Under the pieces are notes generated by a model. It did not search any database. It saw only the letters and a list, made by a program, of their open reading frames with translations, and had not been told where the DNA came from. The translations under genes and the position numbers were made by a program. From the IMG/VR virus record IMGVR_UViG_3300018719_000003, positions 1 to 64,000 of that record: a stretch of DNA of 64,000 nucleotides, one strand, 5' to 3'. Origin of the DNA: a virus. Shown in pieces: positions 1 through 9,082 of the stretch (the first letter of the stretch is position 1; each line of letters begins with the position of its first letter).

Positions 1-25
1 CTTTGCTGGGGATATTGAGCAATAC

Positions 26-2716
26 GTGAGGCTTGGGACTGCTGAACAAGCAGCGATCGCCCAGTTCCCCTTTTACTCCCAAGCCATCAGCCCCAACACC
101 AATACATCACTAGGGGTTGACCTTCGGGGTGAAGCTAAACGAATCAACAGCACAACCAGGGAAACAGCGGTGACCGGAACTCCGGTCGGTGGCTTTCTGG
201 CGTCAGTCAACCCAACTCGATTAGTTAAGAACGCTCTTGAAGTTGCAACACTTACCAGTGACCAGCAGATTCTACGTGATGACGGTTGGGTGCAAGGTCA
301 GGTTTTGAGCAATGACCGATTACTGAAGTTGGGACTATTTATTAACAACAGTCTGCGGTTCCATATCCAGATTCAGGATAACGGGCACTATGCAGTAGTT
401 GAAGATAGTGTGGTAGTCTTTCTCTCTGGTACGCCGCCTCTGGCTCCCACGTATTTAGTCAATGATGTTTTCAGGGTTGAGTATCAGTCAGGCACTTTAC
501 TTTATCGAAAAAATGGCAATGTGGTTTACACGTCAACTCAGATTCCTTTATACCCTGCTAGGTTACAAGCACAGATTTTAGACTCCACTGTTTCAGCCAA
601 CGGCACCTCATTCAATGATCTAAAGTTGGCAGACGTGATGATTGACGAGCTAGGCAATGTGCAGCCTGTCACTGGCAGTACCACTATCAGGGTGGATGAG
701 GAGGATATCGAGAAATTCACCCCTAGCGATCGCTACAGAGTTAATGGGGTTGACTTCAGCATTATTGATAAAAACGAAAACACGCTAACAGTTGATAAAC
801 CCATCACCGTTGGTGGCAATGATGAAATCTATGCCGTCTACACTGCGAAATTTGAAAACACTCAACCTGTCTCCAGGATTGACTTTAACTTCGTGTTTTC
901 ACTGTGGGGAAGGGACGACAAAGGCAAACTGAAACGCCACGCGATCGCCTTCGATATCTTCATCAAAAAGACAGGCGCACCCAGTTTTACCCGACTCTAC
1001 AGAATCTTCGTCGCCAACAAAAATCAGGGTGAGATTCGGCGTTCACTCAAAATCAAGAATTTACCATTTGGCAAGTATCAATTTGAGTTTCGTTCCCTTG
1101 AAAGAGTATCAGGCGGATTCCCAATTTTGCGATTAAGTGATGGGGGTGCATTGGCTGATACTCCAACTGGGGTGATGATTGATGGCAAGCAAATCATTAT
1201 CGAGACTGAATTTGCCAGCGCCCCTAGTGAATCCAGTGCCAACAAAGACTTAAGTTTTGATGGCAAAGACCAAGTAAGCTCTGAATCTGCACCGCCGGGA
1301 CGAATCACCAGCCTGAATGAAATTACTCTACCTGCTGACTTGGGTCATTCCCGTGTGTCGCGGTATCCCAAGCTTTCGCTACTGGGACTAAAAGCGATCG
1401 CATCTGAGCGCCTCAACGGAACCCCAACCCCCAGCGCATTAATCCAACGAGGGCGAATCGGCTGGCTACTGCTATCGGCGAGTGAGGCGACTCCCGCGTC
1501 TATTCCAACTCAGTTAGTGTGCTTCGGTGAGGATTTCCTCTCATTCGGAATACAGCCAGGCAATAGGATTCGTAATCTAGATAAGAAGCTAGAGGATACC
1601 ATCGTCTCTGTGACAAGCAATACCATTACAACTACACTGGAATTGAATTGGGAACAGGGCGATCGCTTTGTGGTTTACGTCGAAGGCTCAACCTGTTACT
1701 TCCCTGATGTATTGGCTGATGGCATCCGCTCACCAGACGGTGGCTTGTCAGAGTTGGTGGATGCCGACCAAGTAATTGACTACTCCAGCTTCGTAAAGTC
1801 GAAGCGCTTCTGCATAAGGAACGGCTTCTTCTGGGATGGCACGCTGTCAGAACAGACCAACATTATCGAGTGGGCAGAACGAGAAGCGCCCCTTTCGCTG
1901 TTGTTTGCCTCAACGGTAGATGGCAGAATGGCACTGATACCGGAAGAATACGAGCCGCCAGCAGCTACTTTCACCGATAGTGTGATGGAGTCTTATAACG
2001 AAACGCTACTCCAACCCAAGGAGTTCAATCAGGTGACAGTGCGATTCAAAGACGGCAGTGATACCCGCTTCAGGGAGAAGACTGTTACCATTGCGACTCA
2101 AGAAGCATTCAACGGTTTGGAGCCAATCTACGAGGCTCCCACAATTGACGCAATGTCCAGCGTCAGCAATCCCGCGCAAGCTGAACGAATCGGACAAATG
2201 TTTCTTCAGTCATCCCGATTTCAGGACAGGGGAATTAACTTCACCGCCGGACTGCAAGGACTAGGGATTAAACCGGGTTCGCTCGTGGTTGGGGCGTCTG
2301 TCATTACCCAAATACACGCTGAAAGGTCAGGCTTCGTGGTAGCCGTGGAACCCTATGACGAGAATATGCAATCGCAAGTTGTCAAGCTGTCTCAGCCAGT
2401 AGAGGAGGGTTTTGACGGTAGCTATTCGGCATCTATTTATTACATTGACGGCACTACTAATCAGTCGAGTGTCCCCGTGGATACGGTAGACAGGGATGGT
2501 GAAACATGGCTACTGCTGTCAGAGTTGAATGCGCCCGTTAGCCCACCAGGTTTGAATCGAACAGGCGATTATTTAGCCGTAGGCAAGAATTCAGAATTGC
2601 GTCGGGTGTTTAGGGTTGCGGCGATTGAAATACAGTCAGAGTTCAAGTGTACGGTTGCGGCAACCCGATGGGATGAGCGGATGCTGGGAAGCGAGGGGTT
2701 GGTGACGATATTATGA
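26..2716 (+). CDS. Tail tip / host-specificity protein, lambda gpJ-like (probably 5' truncated by the window edge)
   Basis: 896-aa ORF whose frame stays open back to base 2. 'YPKLSLLGLKAIASERLNGTPTPSALIQRGRI' and the following region resemble the conserved core of J-family central tail fibre proteins (by eye). Confidence 0.6.
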   Translation: MRLGTAEQAAIAQFPFYSQAISPNTNTSLGVDLRGEAKRINSTTRETAVTGTPVGGFLASVNPTRLVKNALEVATLTSDQQILRDDGWVQGQVLSNDRLLKLGLFINNSLRFHIQIQDNGHYAVVEDSVVVFLSGTPPLAPTYLVNDVFRVEYQSGTLLYRKNGNVVYTSTQIPLYPARLQAQILDSTVSANGTSFNDLKLADVMIDELGNVQPVTGSTTIRVDEEDIEKFTPSDRYRVNGVDFSIIDKNENTLTVDKPITVGGNDEIYAVYTAKFENTQPVSRIDFNFVFSLWGRDDKGKLKRHAIAFDIFIKKTGAPSFTRLYRIFVANKNQGEIRRSLKIKNLPFGKYQFEFRSLERVSGGFPILRLSDGGALADTPTGVMIDGKQIIIETEFASAPSESSANKDLSFDGKDQVSSESAPPGRITSLNEITLPADLGHSRVSRYPKLSLLGLKAIASERLNGTPTPSALIQRGRIGWLLLSASEATPASIPTQLVCFGEDFLSFGIQPGNRIRNLDKKLEDTIVSVTSNTITTTLELNWEQGDRFVVYVEGSTCYFPDVLADGIRSPDGGLSELVDADQVIDYSSFVKSKRFCIRNGFFWDGTLSEQTNIIEWAEREAPLSLLFASTVDGRMALIPEEYEPPAATFTDSVMESYNETLLQPKEFNQVTVRFKDGSDTRFREKTVTIATQEAFNGLEPIYEAPTIDAMSSVSNPAQAERIGQMFLQSSRFQDRGINFTAGLQGLGIKPGSLVVGASVITQIHAERSGFVVAVEPYDENMQSQVVKLSQPVEEGFDGSYSASIYYIDGTTNQSSVPVDTVDRDGETWLLLSELNAPVSPPGLNRTGDYLAVGKNSELRRVFRVAAIEIQSEFKCTVAATRWDERMLGSEGLVTIL
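170..187. repeat. Palindrome family copy P1 (GTGACCGGA-AC-TCCGGTC)
   Basis: Read directly. Lies in frame inside the gpJ-like CDS and encodes VTGTPV. Confidence 0.85.
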
Positions 2717-2728
2717 TACGGCATATAC

Positions 2729-2938
2729 CTAATCCGGCACATACCGCTTCAAGTCTCCCACCGTACAGCCATACCGCTTACACAGGATATCTAGTATGCG
2801 ATCGCTCACGGTATTGTGGGGCTTATTCATCATCCACCGGCAGGTGCTTTCAGCTAACCCAGTCTCCTTAGCTAGCTGCATTGCATCTTTTACCTGGCAG
2901 TGGGTTGTGAGATATTCCTTCACTGTGTTGATAATCAT
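2729..2938 (-). CDS. XRE/Cro-CI-type helix-turn-helix regulator
   Basis: 69 aa. 'VKDAMQLAKETGLAESTCRWMMNK' looks like an HTH, and the C-terminal 'ILCKRYGCTVGDL' is typical of short XRE-family proteins. Divergent from the plus-strand small-gene block. Confidence 0.6.
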   Translation of the reverse strand: MIINTVKEYLTTHCQVKDAMQLAKETGLAESTCRWMMNKPHNTVSDRILDILCKRYGCTVGDLKRYVPD

Positions 2939-2940
2939 TG

Positions 2941-2980
2941 TGCTAATCCTATTGACGGGCTGACGATATTAGCATATCAT
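2941..2980 (+). promoter_or_regulatory. Sigma70-like promoter with flanking inverted repeat (candidate operator)
   Basis: TTGACG (2952-2957), a 17-nt spacer, then TATCAT (2975-2980). Inverted repeat TGCTAAT (2941-2947) / ATTAGCA (2968-2974). Sits between the XRE gene and the ORF at 3015. Confidence 0.45.
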
Positions 2981-3014
2981 AGATTTAGTGAGACAAGCAA
3001 AAGACGCCTAAACG

Positions 3015-3401
3015 ATGAAACTAAGAGTAATCAAAGACAGTGACACCAGCTATATTGGCACAATAGAAGCCAGGGTAGGATTGCCAACAAAAGACGGGAA
3101 AGTAATTGCAAAAGTGAATACCAAGAGCGTCATTGTTGAAGGCAGAGATTCAACGGATAAGGTTACAGACGCAAGTGTTTGGTATACGGATGCGGTGAAG
3201 TATGGTTTCGATGAAATTGAGTCTACCGTCCTAGAGCATGAGGCTGCTAAGAAACGTCAATTTTCAGAGGGCGAGTGGTGGTATGAGCAACGAGGCGAGT
3301 TTGTAGAGCCACACGTCTTGCAAAATTCAAGAGTAAAAGCCGGATATGAGTTTGCTAAGGCGACGGCAATGTTGAGAGAGTTAGCCCTCAAAGGTCTTTA
3401 A
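3015..3401 (+). CDS. Hypothetical protein
   Basis: 128-aa ORF with an ATG start, first gene downstream of the putative promoter. Confidence 0.6.
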   Translation: MKLRVIKDSDTSYIGTIEARVGLPTKDGKVIAKVNTKSVIVEGRDSTDKVTDASVWYTDAVKYGFDEIESTVLEHEAAKKRQFSEGEWWYEQRGEFVEPHVLQNSRVKAGYEFAKATAMLRELALKGL

Positions 3402-3418
3402 CCCACTCACACCCAAAA

Positions 3419-3466
3419 GCGATCGCCACTCCCACGAATACAACAAGCATAGGACACCCGAACATG
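3419..3466 (+). promoter_or_regulatory. Conserved leader cassette, copy 1
   Basis: GCGATCGCCACTCCCACGAATACAACAAGCATAGGAC...ATG. Near-identical to the copy at 3884-3935. Confidence 0.6.
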
Positions 3467-3844
3467 AACACAGCAAGAATCGCCCAGCTCAAGGCAGTCA
3501 AAGCCAAACTAGAAGAAGCCAAAGCGTATCTAGAATCCATCTACCAGTATGGGTGCGCTCCGGTTGATGGGATTAATCAGTCGATTGCTGATTTAGATGC
3601 TGATATCGCTGAACACGAGAAGGCAGGCACTCCTGAAGGTATTGAAGAAGAGATTCAGACAGCGATGATGTACTTAGAAGAAGACCTTGAGAAGCTGACT
3701 AAGGGAGCGCTGATGCATCATTACGAGCGACTGGTAACGCTTCGCAAGTCTTGGTCAAAGGCGCGAGTAATTAAGGAGATTCTTGAGTATTCAGCCAGAA
3801 AGAGGCGGGTACAACTTACGAGCAAGCTGACGGCTGAGGTTTAA
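3464..3844 (+). CDS. Hypothetical coiled-coil protein
   Basis: 126-aa ORF preceded by the conserved leader. Confidence 0.65.
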   Translation: MNTARIAQLKAVKAKLEEAKAYLESIYQYGCAPVDGINQSIADLDADIAEHEKAGTPEGIEEEIQTAMMYLEEDLEKLTKGALMHHYERLVTLRKSWSKARVIKEILEYSARKRRVQLTSKLTAEV

Positions 3845-3883
3845 GTCAAAAAGTGATCGCTCTGCAACTTGACGGGAACAGGA

Positions 3884-3935
3884 GCGATCGCTACTCCCAC
3901 GAATCACAACAAACATAGGAGCAAGAATTATCATG
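3884..3935 (+). promoter_or_regulatory. Conserved leader cassette, copy 2
   Basis: GCGATCGCTACTCCCACGAATCACAACAAACATAGGAGCAAGAATTATCATG, followed by TCACAG. Confidence 0.6.
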
Positions 3936-4376
3936 TCACAGCTAGATAACGCATTCAAGGCATTCAAGTCCAACCCCACAGCCGAGAGCGCTTGGAAACT
4001 CCAGCAAGAGATGGTGGCTTATGCCGCATCTCCCAAGGCTACCGAGGGCAAGTCATCAACACGAAAAGAATCAAGAAAACCAGCTCAACTGAAAACAAAG
4101 AAGGGTGGTAAATGGGATGCAAAACTGAAGGAGATTCTTGAGTTGTTTGCTGTTTTTGACTGGGAAGTTTTCCCGTACAAGTCGAACAAATATATTGAGG
4201 CGTGGAAAGTGACGGACGCTGAACTTAATCAAGCTGTGCTTTATCTCACAACAGACGGCTTCTCAATGGGAGGCAAGAAGCCGGATGAGGTTCTCACAGG
4301 CTCTTTTGAGGGGTATGAAGACCGCGATCGCTTCAATGATTTCTTAGCGTCTAACGATATTGAGATAGACGAATAA
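3933..4376 (+). CDS. Hypothetical protein
   Basis: 147-aa ORF that starts MSQ directly after the conserved leader. Confidence 0.65.
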   Translation: MSQLDNAFKAFKSNPTAESAWKLQQEMVAYAASPKATEGKSSTRKESRKPAQLKTKKGGKWDAKLKEILELFAVFDWEVFPYKSNKYIEAWKVTDAELNQAVLYLTTDGFSMGGKKPDEVLTGSFEGYEDRDRFNDFLASNDIEIDE

Positions 4377-4420
4377 CCATCTCCGACCTGTGGCGGCAGT
4401 CGTAAAAAGCCGCCACAGGT

Positions 4421-4455
4421 CGCAAATCACTACACATAGGAACAAGACCGTCATG
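4421..4455 (+). promoter_or_regulatory. Conserved leader cassette, copy 3 (3' half)
   Basis: ...CACTACACATAGGAACAAGACCGTCATG followed by TCACAG. Preceded by a 10-bp-stem hairpin (4387-4419). Confidence 0.5.
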
Positions 4456-4653
4456 TCACAGAAAATATGGTTTCAAGAATATGGCGACAGCTCAAAGACA
4501 AAGGTTGCAATCGATGAAGACGGAGATGTTGTTATTAAGCATCGGTCTTTTGATGGTGAAATGATGACTATTTACTTTACGACTGAAGACTTTGAGGAAA
4601 TAATCGCAGCTTATCAACAGAAAGCACAAAGCAGTATCCAGTCTTCGCTATAA
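4453..4653 (+). CDS. Hypothetical protein
   Basis: In-frame ATG at 4453 (MSQKIWFQ...) with a TAGGAA RBS. The ORF-track start at 4390 lies inside the upstream hairpin and is unlikely. Confidence 0.6.
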   Translation: MSQKIWFQEYGDSSKTKVAIDEDGDVVIKHRSFDGEMMTIYFTTEDFEEIIAAYQQKAQSSIQSSL

Positions 4654-4710
4654 TCCCAAAAAAGCATCGCAGCCACCCTGCCAGATTGAAGACCTACAGG
4701 ATGGCTGATG

Positions 4711-4747
4711 TCCACCACTATCACGCAATGGAACACAAAACATCATG
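4711..4747 (+). promoter_or_regulatory. Conserved leader cassette, copy 4 (divergent)
   Basis: CCACTATCACGCAATGGAACACAAAACATCATG followed by ACACAG. Resembles CCACTACGCAATGCAAACCACATAGGAG at 28478-28505. Confidence 0.4.
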
Positions 4748-5515
4748 ACACAGAATCAGCTCAATCAAGAATTCGTTGCATCAGTTTTAATTGCAGAGGA
4801 AAAAGGTGAACAGTTCCCAATCGACTTCGATGAGGCATGGCGCAAAGCTGGGTACAGAAGAAAGGACAACGCAAAACGAATACTGATTAAGCAATTAATT
4901 GAAGGGGAAGATTATACTCTGACCATAGCTTCCGATTCCTCAATTGAGCGGAATCGACCAACCACGGTACTTCCAGGCTCTCCAGAGTACGCGGCGATGT
5001 TTCGGAAGGAAATCATTAAGCTATCCCCTGACGGTTTCGATCATTTCTGCATGGCGGCTAATACCGACGCGGGACGAGAAGCTCGGAAGATGTTCATTCA
5101 ATACAAAAAGGAATACATTGCTTCTCTCAACCGCCGCTTACAGCTTAGTGAGGTTGAATCGTTAGAGCGATCACTTGAAGCCACCCGCGAAGCGTTGCAG
5201 CATTACCCTTACACACTGGAGAAGCTGTGGAAGAATTCTGGCATTGTGAACAAGTCACAAGTCAAAGGTGCAATCATTCGGGATTTCTTGGAGGGGCGAG
5301 ATTACATCTGGGCTGATGATATTCTCTGCCTCAATGAGTCTACTTTCATGATTTTGATTGTGAGTTTCAAAAGTCTCAAGGGTGCAGACATCAGCCAGTT
5401 GCCTGAAATTATTCGGCTCAATACCAAAGAATATTTTCAGCATCAGCTACAGAAAAAGATGAACCGACGTGTTGGGCAAGTTGACGAGAACCAGTTGAGC
5501 CTGTTCGAGATCTAA
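4745..5515 (+). CDS. Putative antirepressor-like (AntA-like) DNA-binding protein
   Basis: 256 aa. 'FPIDFDEAWRKAGYRRKDNAKRILIKQLIEGEDY' resembles the AntA/AntB antirepressor N-terminal pattern (by eye, weak). Confidence 0.4.
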   Translation: MTQNQLNQEFVASVLIAEEKGEQFPIDFDEAWRKAGYRRKDNAKRILIKQLIEGEDYTLTIASDSSIERNRPTTVLPGSPEYAAMFRKEIIKLSPDGFDHFCMAANTDAGREARKMFIQYKKEYIASLNRRLQLSEVESLERSLEATREALQHYPYTLEKLWKNSGIVNKSQVKGAIIRDFLEGRDYIWADDILCLNESTFMILIVSFKSLKGADISQLPEIIRLNTKEYFQHQLQKKMNRRVGQVDENQLSLFEI

Positions 5516-5554
5516 CCCTCAACCCAAAGCGATCGCACTCTCTCCCTCGAAAGT

Positions 5555-6103
5555 TTGAATGCGATCGCTATGTCCACCCACTCAAAAAGTAGACATCCCC
5601 CAATGATAACCACCACCGACTACGACCTGAAGTTCCTGTACCAGCTCACCGACCAAGTAATACATGGCGGCAATCACACGCAACTGATTCAGGAGATCGG
5701 TATTCCCGAACTACTAAACCATATCTCAACCACATTCTGGACACCAAAGGCACTGCTAGGATTGGATGTCAACCTAACCCCTGGCAAGGCATCACCCCTA
5801 GTTCAGGCAGCCATGCAGGCGCTGGGTATTCCTCAACTAATCGGCTTCACTCCTCTATACCCTCGCAGTAATCCCAAGTGTGGGGACGGGGCACTGCTTG
5901 AGGAATGCGAACGCAAGCTGATTAAGTTAGGACTGCGGTACTTATCAGCTAAGGGTAGGGCATTAGATTTTCCCAGTGGTGATGGCTGCTTTTTGTTGAT
6001 TGCTGCCACCCTGCAAGAGGCTGAGGTTGTGCTGAGTGATCAACTGAGTTGCGTTGTACTGCCAAGCGAGGGAGAGGCGACATTGGTTAGCTTGGTGGAT
6101 TAA
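5555..6103 (+). CDS. Hypothetical protein
   Basis: 182-aa ORF. An alternative ATG at 5570 is possible. Confidence 0.55.
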   Translation: MNAIAMSTHSKSRHPPMITTTDYDLKFLYQLTDQVIHGGNHTQLIQEIGIPELLNHISTTFWTPKALLGLDVNLTPGKASPLVQAAMQALGIPQLIGFTPLYPRSNPKCGDGALLEECERKLIKLGLRYLSAKGRALDFPSGDGCFLLIAATLQEAEVVLSDQLSCVVLPSEGEATLVSLVD

Positions 6104-6133
6104 TTCCGGCTCAAATCAATTGCAAAGTAAAAA

Positions 6134-6169
6134 CCCCGCAGCGTATCTCTCATCGGCTGCGGGGTTTTT
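6134..6169. terminator. Bidirectional intrinsic terminator hairpin
   Basis: CCCCGCAGC (6134-6142), 13-nt loop, GCTGCGGGG (6156-6164). Flanked by an A-run and a T-run, between convergent genes. Confidence 0.6.
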
Positions 6170-6199
6170 ATATCCTCTTGCACATTATCCTTTTGTATT

Positions 6200-6406
6200 C
6201 TAGGGCAACGACTCTTCATCTGTTGGCTGCGAAAATTTCCCTTCTAGCAGTTTCATTTCAACCAACAAAGTAGTTACACTATCTGACGCAGACTGGCTAT
6301 CCATTTTAGCGCCGTCTAGATATTTCATTAAGTAGTTGTAACCAGCACGAAGATGATCTGGAATTGGTTCACCTTGCTCTGTAAACTCTGGTAGTGATTC
6401 GTTCAT
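6200..6406 (-). CDS. Hypothetical protein (last gene of the minus-strand tail-tip block)
   Basis: 68-aa ORF abutting the stop of the upstream gene. Confidence 0.5.
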   Translation of the reverse strand: MNESLPEFTEQGEPIPDHLRAGYNYLMKYLDGAKMDSQSASDSVTTLLVEMKLLEGKFSQPTDEESLP

Positions 6407-6835
6407 TTAATATACCCAAACTCCCCCAATTCTGCTCTGTATTTCTGGTAATGGCATCCACACTGCACCCCGCTCGAATGACATAAATACCACACCACCG
6501 TTTACCACAGTCCCCAAGCCTTCTGGATTCCCCCCAAATCTTAGTACAACCAAATCCATCTGGGTCAGCCCATCCGTCCGTCTAGCTGCGTAGTGTCGCA
6601 ATATCTGGCTAACTATGGTGTGAGGGAGTGTGTCTTCTGTGTAGCGGCGATACAGCCATTCGAGGCAGGGGAGAGGATAGAGGTTGGTTTGGCTTCGTAA
6701 CCAGTTAGCTAGGGCGAAGCAATCCCATTCCTTCCACTGGTATGGCTTGTCTGGCAGGGTTAGGTTAAGTTTGCCGACAACCGACTGCTCTCGAAACGGT
6801 TGGTTAGTAACAAGCGTGTGTGGGATGGGAATCAT
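6407..6835 (-). CDS. NlpC/P60-like tail protein (lambda gpK / GTA g14-like), catalytic His not evident
   Basis: 142 aa. 'WDCFALANW' resembles the DCSG Cys motif and 'DLVVLRF...GLGTVV' resembles the GDLVFF...HVGI segment with no His. Positioned just after the gpL-like gene. Confidence 0.35.
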   Translation of the reverse strand: MIPIPHTLVTNQPFREQSVVGKLNLTLPDKPYQWKEWDCFALANWLRSQTNLYPLPCLEWLYRRYTEDTLPHTIVSQILRHYAARRTDGLTQMDLVVLRFGGNPEGLGTVVNGGVVFMSFERGAVWMPLPEIQSRIGGVWVY

Positions 6836-7359
6836 GACAAACGTAGTCCTGAAGAACTTCTAGGAACTTGAACCAACCCAGGCAAGTCGGGATTACCATT
6901 GCCGTTCCCTGTACGCCAGTGTACTGACGGTATTGCACCTCTGCCAGTGATGGACAGGGGACTCTGCATATTGACCCGAATTGAAGCGCCATCATACTGA
7001 ATCGGATCATCTGATAGCTGAAAGCGCCATATCTGCGGAGCGTCACCTGGCACATATGGCAGATACACTAGCTGGATATTCAGGAGACTTCGCCTTAGTC
7101 CGTTGTTATCCTCAATGAACTGCCGAAAGCTTTTCTCATTCGGTAACTCCAGTGTTGAATTCTGGGAGTTGGCTTCAAGGCTACGAGGCGGTGGTGTGAA
7201 CTCACCCATGGGTAAGTAGTCGTAGGCTCTGCCATCGCCTTGCCAGACGATAGTTTCAGGAGAGAAGTTTTGATATCGGAATATTCCGCCGGATGATCGG
7301 ACTTGCAATTGAGCGAGTAAGCCGATGCCGACTGATGCTAAATCGTAGGATTGGGGCAT
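6832..7359 (-). CDS. Minor tail protein, lambda gpL-like
   Basis: 175 aa. 'ETIVWQGDGRAYDYLPMGEFTPPPRSLEANSQNSTLELPN' parallels lambda L 'VTWQGRQYQPYPIQGSGFELNGKGTSTRPTLTVSN' (from memory). Confidence 0.45.
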   Translation of the reverse strand: MPQSYDLASVGIGLLAQLQVRSSGGIFRYQNFSPETIVWQGDGRAYDYLPMGEFTPPPRSLEANSQNSTLELPNEKSFRQFIEDNNGLRRSLLNIQLVYLPYVPGDAPQIWRFQLSDDPIQYDGASIRVNMQSPLSITGRGAIPSVHWRTGNGNGNPDLPGLVQVPRSSSGLRLS

Positions 7360-7592
7360 TATGCGGTTTCCTCAATCAAAGTAAATCGCTGCATCTGCAC
7401 ACCCTCATGGACAACAACCTCGCAAAACATATCGAGCGGTCGTAGCCAGATACCGCCGCTAGCGTTTCTGTACACGACCATTTGCTCCTCTGTTTCTGAG
7501 TGCCGACCGATGCCGATTACTTCGTATATTCCGCCTTTAAAGTGGCGATAGATTCCGTTAGTTGCTTCTAATTCTGTAGTAGTTTCTGTCAT
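7359..7592 (-). CDS. DUF1653-like protein
   Basis: 'GIYRHFKGGIYEVIGIGRHSETEEQMVVYR...WLRPLDMF' matches the DUF1653 pattern. The ATG at 7592 overlaps the upstream stop as ATGA. Confidence 0.6.
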   Translation of the reverse strand: MTETTTELEATNGIYRHFKGGIYEVIGIGRHSETEEQMVVYRNASGGIWLRPLDMFCEVVVHEGVQMQRFTLIEETA

Positions 7593-7882
7593 AATTTGTC
7601 CTGGGTGTCGTAAATTCCCCGGTAGCTGCAACCAATAGACTTTAGTGTTACTGCGTGATTGGCTAACATCCTCACCTCTTGTATTTTTCGGAGGAGTGTT
7701 GTCAATTCCGCAGGGTCGTCAATTACTTCAGATAGTGCGATCGCAAAATCTTCTGACGCAGTGTTGATAACATTGTATTTGTTGCGAGTTTCTTCCTTTG
7801 TTGTGGGGTGATAAACAAATAAATCTCTAAGCTTTAACCTGTTAATTTTCAAGCAATTATCTGTTCCTTTTTTACTGGACAT
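7589..7882 (-). CDS. Hypothetical protein
   Basis: 97-aa ORF, apparently translationally coupled to the downstream gene. Confidence 0.5.
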   Translation of the reverse strand: MSSKKGTDNCLKINRLKLRDLFVYHPTTKEETRNKYNVINTASEDFAIALSEVIDDPAELTTLLRKIQEVRMLANHAVTLKSIGCSYRGIYDTQDKL

Positions 7883-7912
7883 CCTTAGACATCCGTTTAC
7901 AAAATTCCTGCT

Positions 7913-9055
7913 TCAACCAAGGCAGTCGGCTGCTACTTGTTCACAGGCGTTAATTCGGGGCGAACCGACCCTACTGCACAATTCATCAGGTGCATTTGCC
8001 AGATTGATAGACGCTTGCAAATCTCTGTCCTCTGTATGCCCACAATTAGGGCAAACGAAAATCCTATCAGATAGCTTGAGTCCTGAATGCTTTTCCCCGC
8101 ACTTGCGACACATCCGAGACGAAGGGAACCACCGATCCACTATGTCTAACGAACAAGCAAAACTAGGCGCTTTGTAGGTTAACTGGCGACGGAATTCGTA
8201 GAACCCTAAATCGCTAATCGCTTTAGATAATTTACGATTAGCGATCATCCCGGACACGTTCAAGTCTTCAATGCGGATGTGACCATATTTCTGGCAAATA
8301 GATGTCGTTGTCTTATTCAGAAAATCCTTACGCTGATTTGCGATATCACGATGCAACCGCGCCAATTTTTTGAAATATTTCTTGGCTTTGTTAGAAGCTT
8401 TCTCTCCCGTGCGCCTATTCCCGAATTGTTTAAGCGGTTTTGGAGCTTCTCTTTCGGTTCCATCGCTAATCGTTGCGAATGTTTTAACCCCTAGGTCGAT
8501 ACCAACAGGTTCAACTACTTCGTGCAAGATTGGGGGAATTCTTTCTGCATCGACACAGAATGAAACAAACCAGTCACCCGCTTCACAAGACAGTGTGAAA
8601 GTTTGAGTTATATAGGATTCCCTTAAAGACTCTTGTAGTCGAAATGTTCCTAGCGTTGGTATCTTGATAGTCTTCCCCTCTTTAACAACCCTTTTGCCGT
8701 TACTGTCGTAAACAGTAAACGAACAATTGTTTTTACGACGCTTGTAATTGGGGCTTTTGCCTAATCCATTCCGCCATCTTTTGAGTGATTCACCTAACGC
8801 CTGAAAAGCGGTTTGATAAACTTTTGAGGATAACTGTTGAGTCCATTCAAAACCCTCGGTTTTCTTGGTGACATTAGTAAAGCACTTTTTGATAGCAGCT
8901 AGTCGCTTGGTGTCAGAGGCTTTTATCCCGGCGTCAATTGACTGCCAAAACAATGAAAGACCGTAGTTGTACACGAACCGAGAAAAGCCAGCGTGAGAGC
9001 TAAATTTCGCCTTTTCTTGACTATTTAGTTTTAAACGGCGTTTAACTGCAAACAT
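7913..9055 (-). CDS. tnpB: TnpB (OrfB) RNA-guided nuclease, RuvC triad apparently intact
   Basis: 380 aa. Contains 'VGIDLGVKTF' (D), 'IRIEDLNVSGM' (E), zinc finger 'CRKCGEKH...CPNCGHTEDRDLQASINLA' (D). Confidence 0.85.
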   Translation of the reverse strand: MFAVKRRLKLNSQEKAKFSSHAGFSRFVYNYGLSLFWQSIDAGIKASDTKRLAAIKKCFTNVTKKTEGFEWTQQLSSKVYQTAFQALGESLKRWRNGLGKSPNYKRRKNNCSFTVYDSNGKRVVKEGKTIKIPTLGTFRLQESLRESYITQTFTLSCEAGDWFVSFCVDAERIPPILHEVVEPVGIDLGVKTFATISDGTEREAPKPLKQFGNRRTGEKASNKAKKYFKKLARLHRDIANQRKDFLNKTTTSICQKYGHIRIEDLNVSGMIANRKLSKAISDLGFYEFRRQLTYKAPSFACSLDIVDRWFPSSRMCRKCGEKHSGLKLSDRIFVCPNCGHTEDRDLQASINLANAPDELCSRVGSPRINACEQVAADCLG

Positions 9056-9082
9056 TGATTTAACTTGGCTGTGATATGATTA

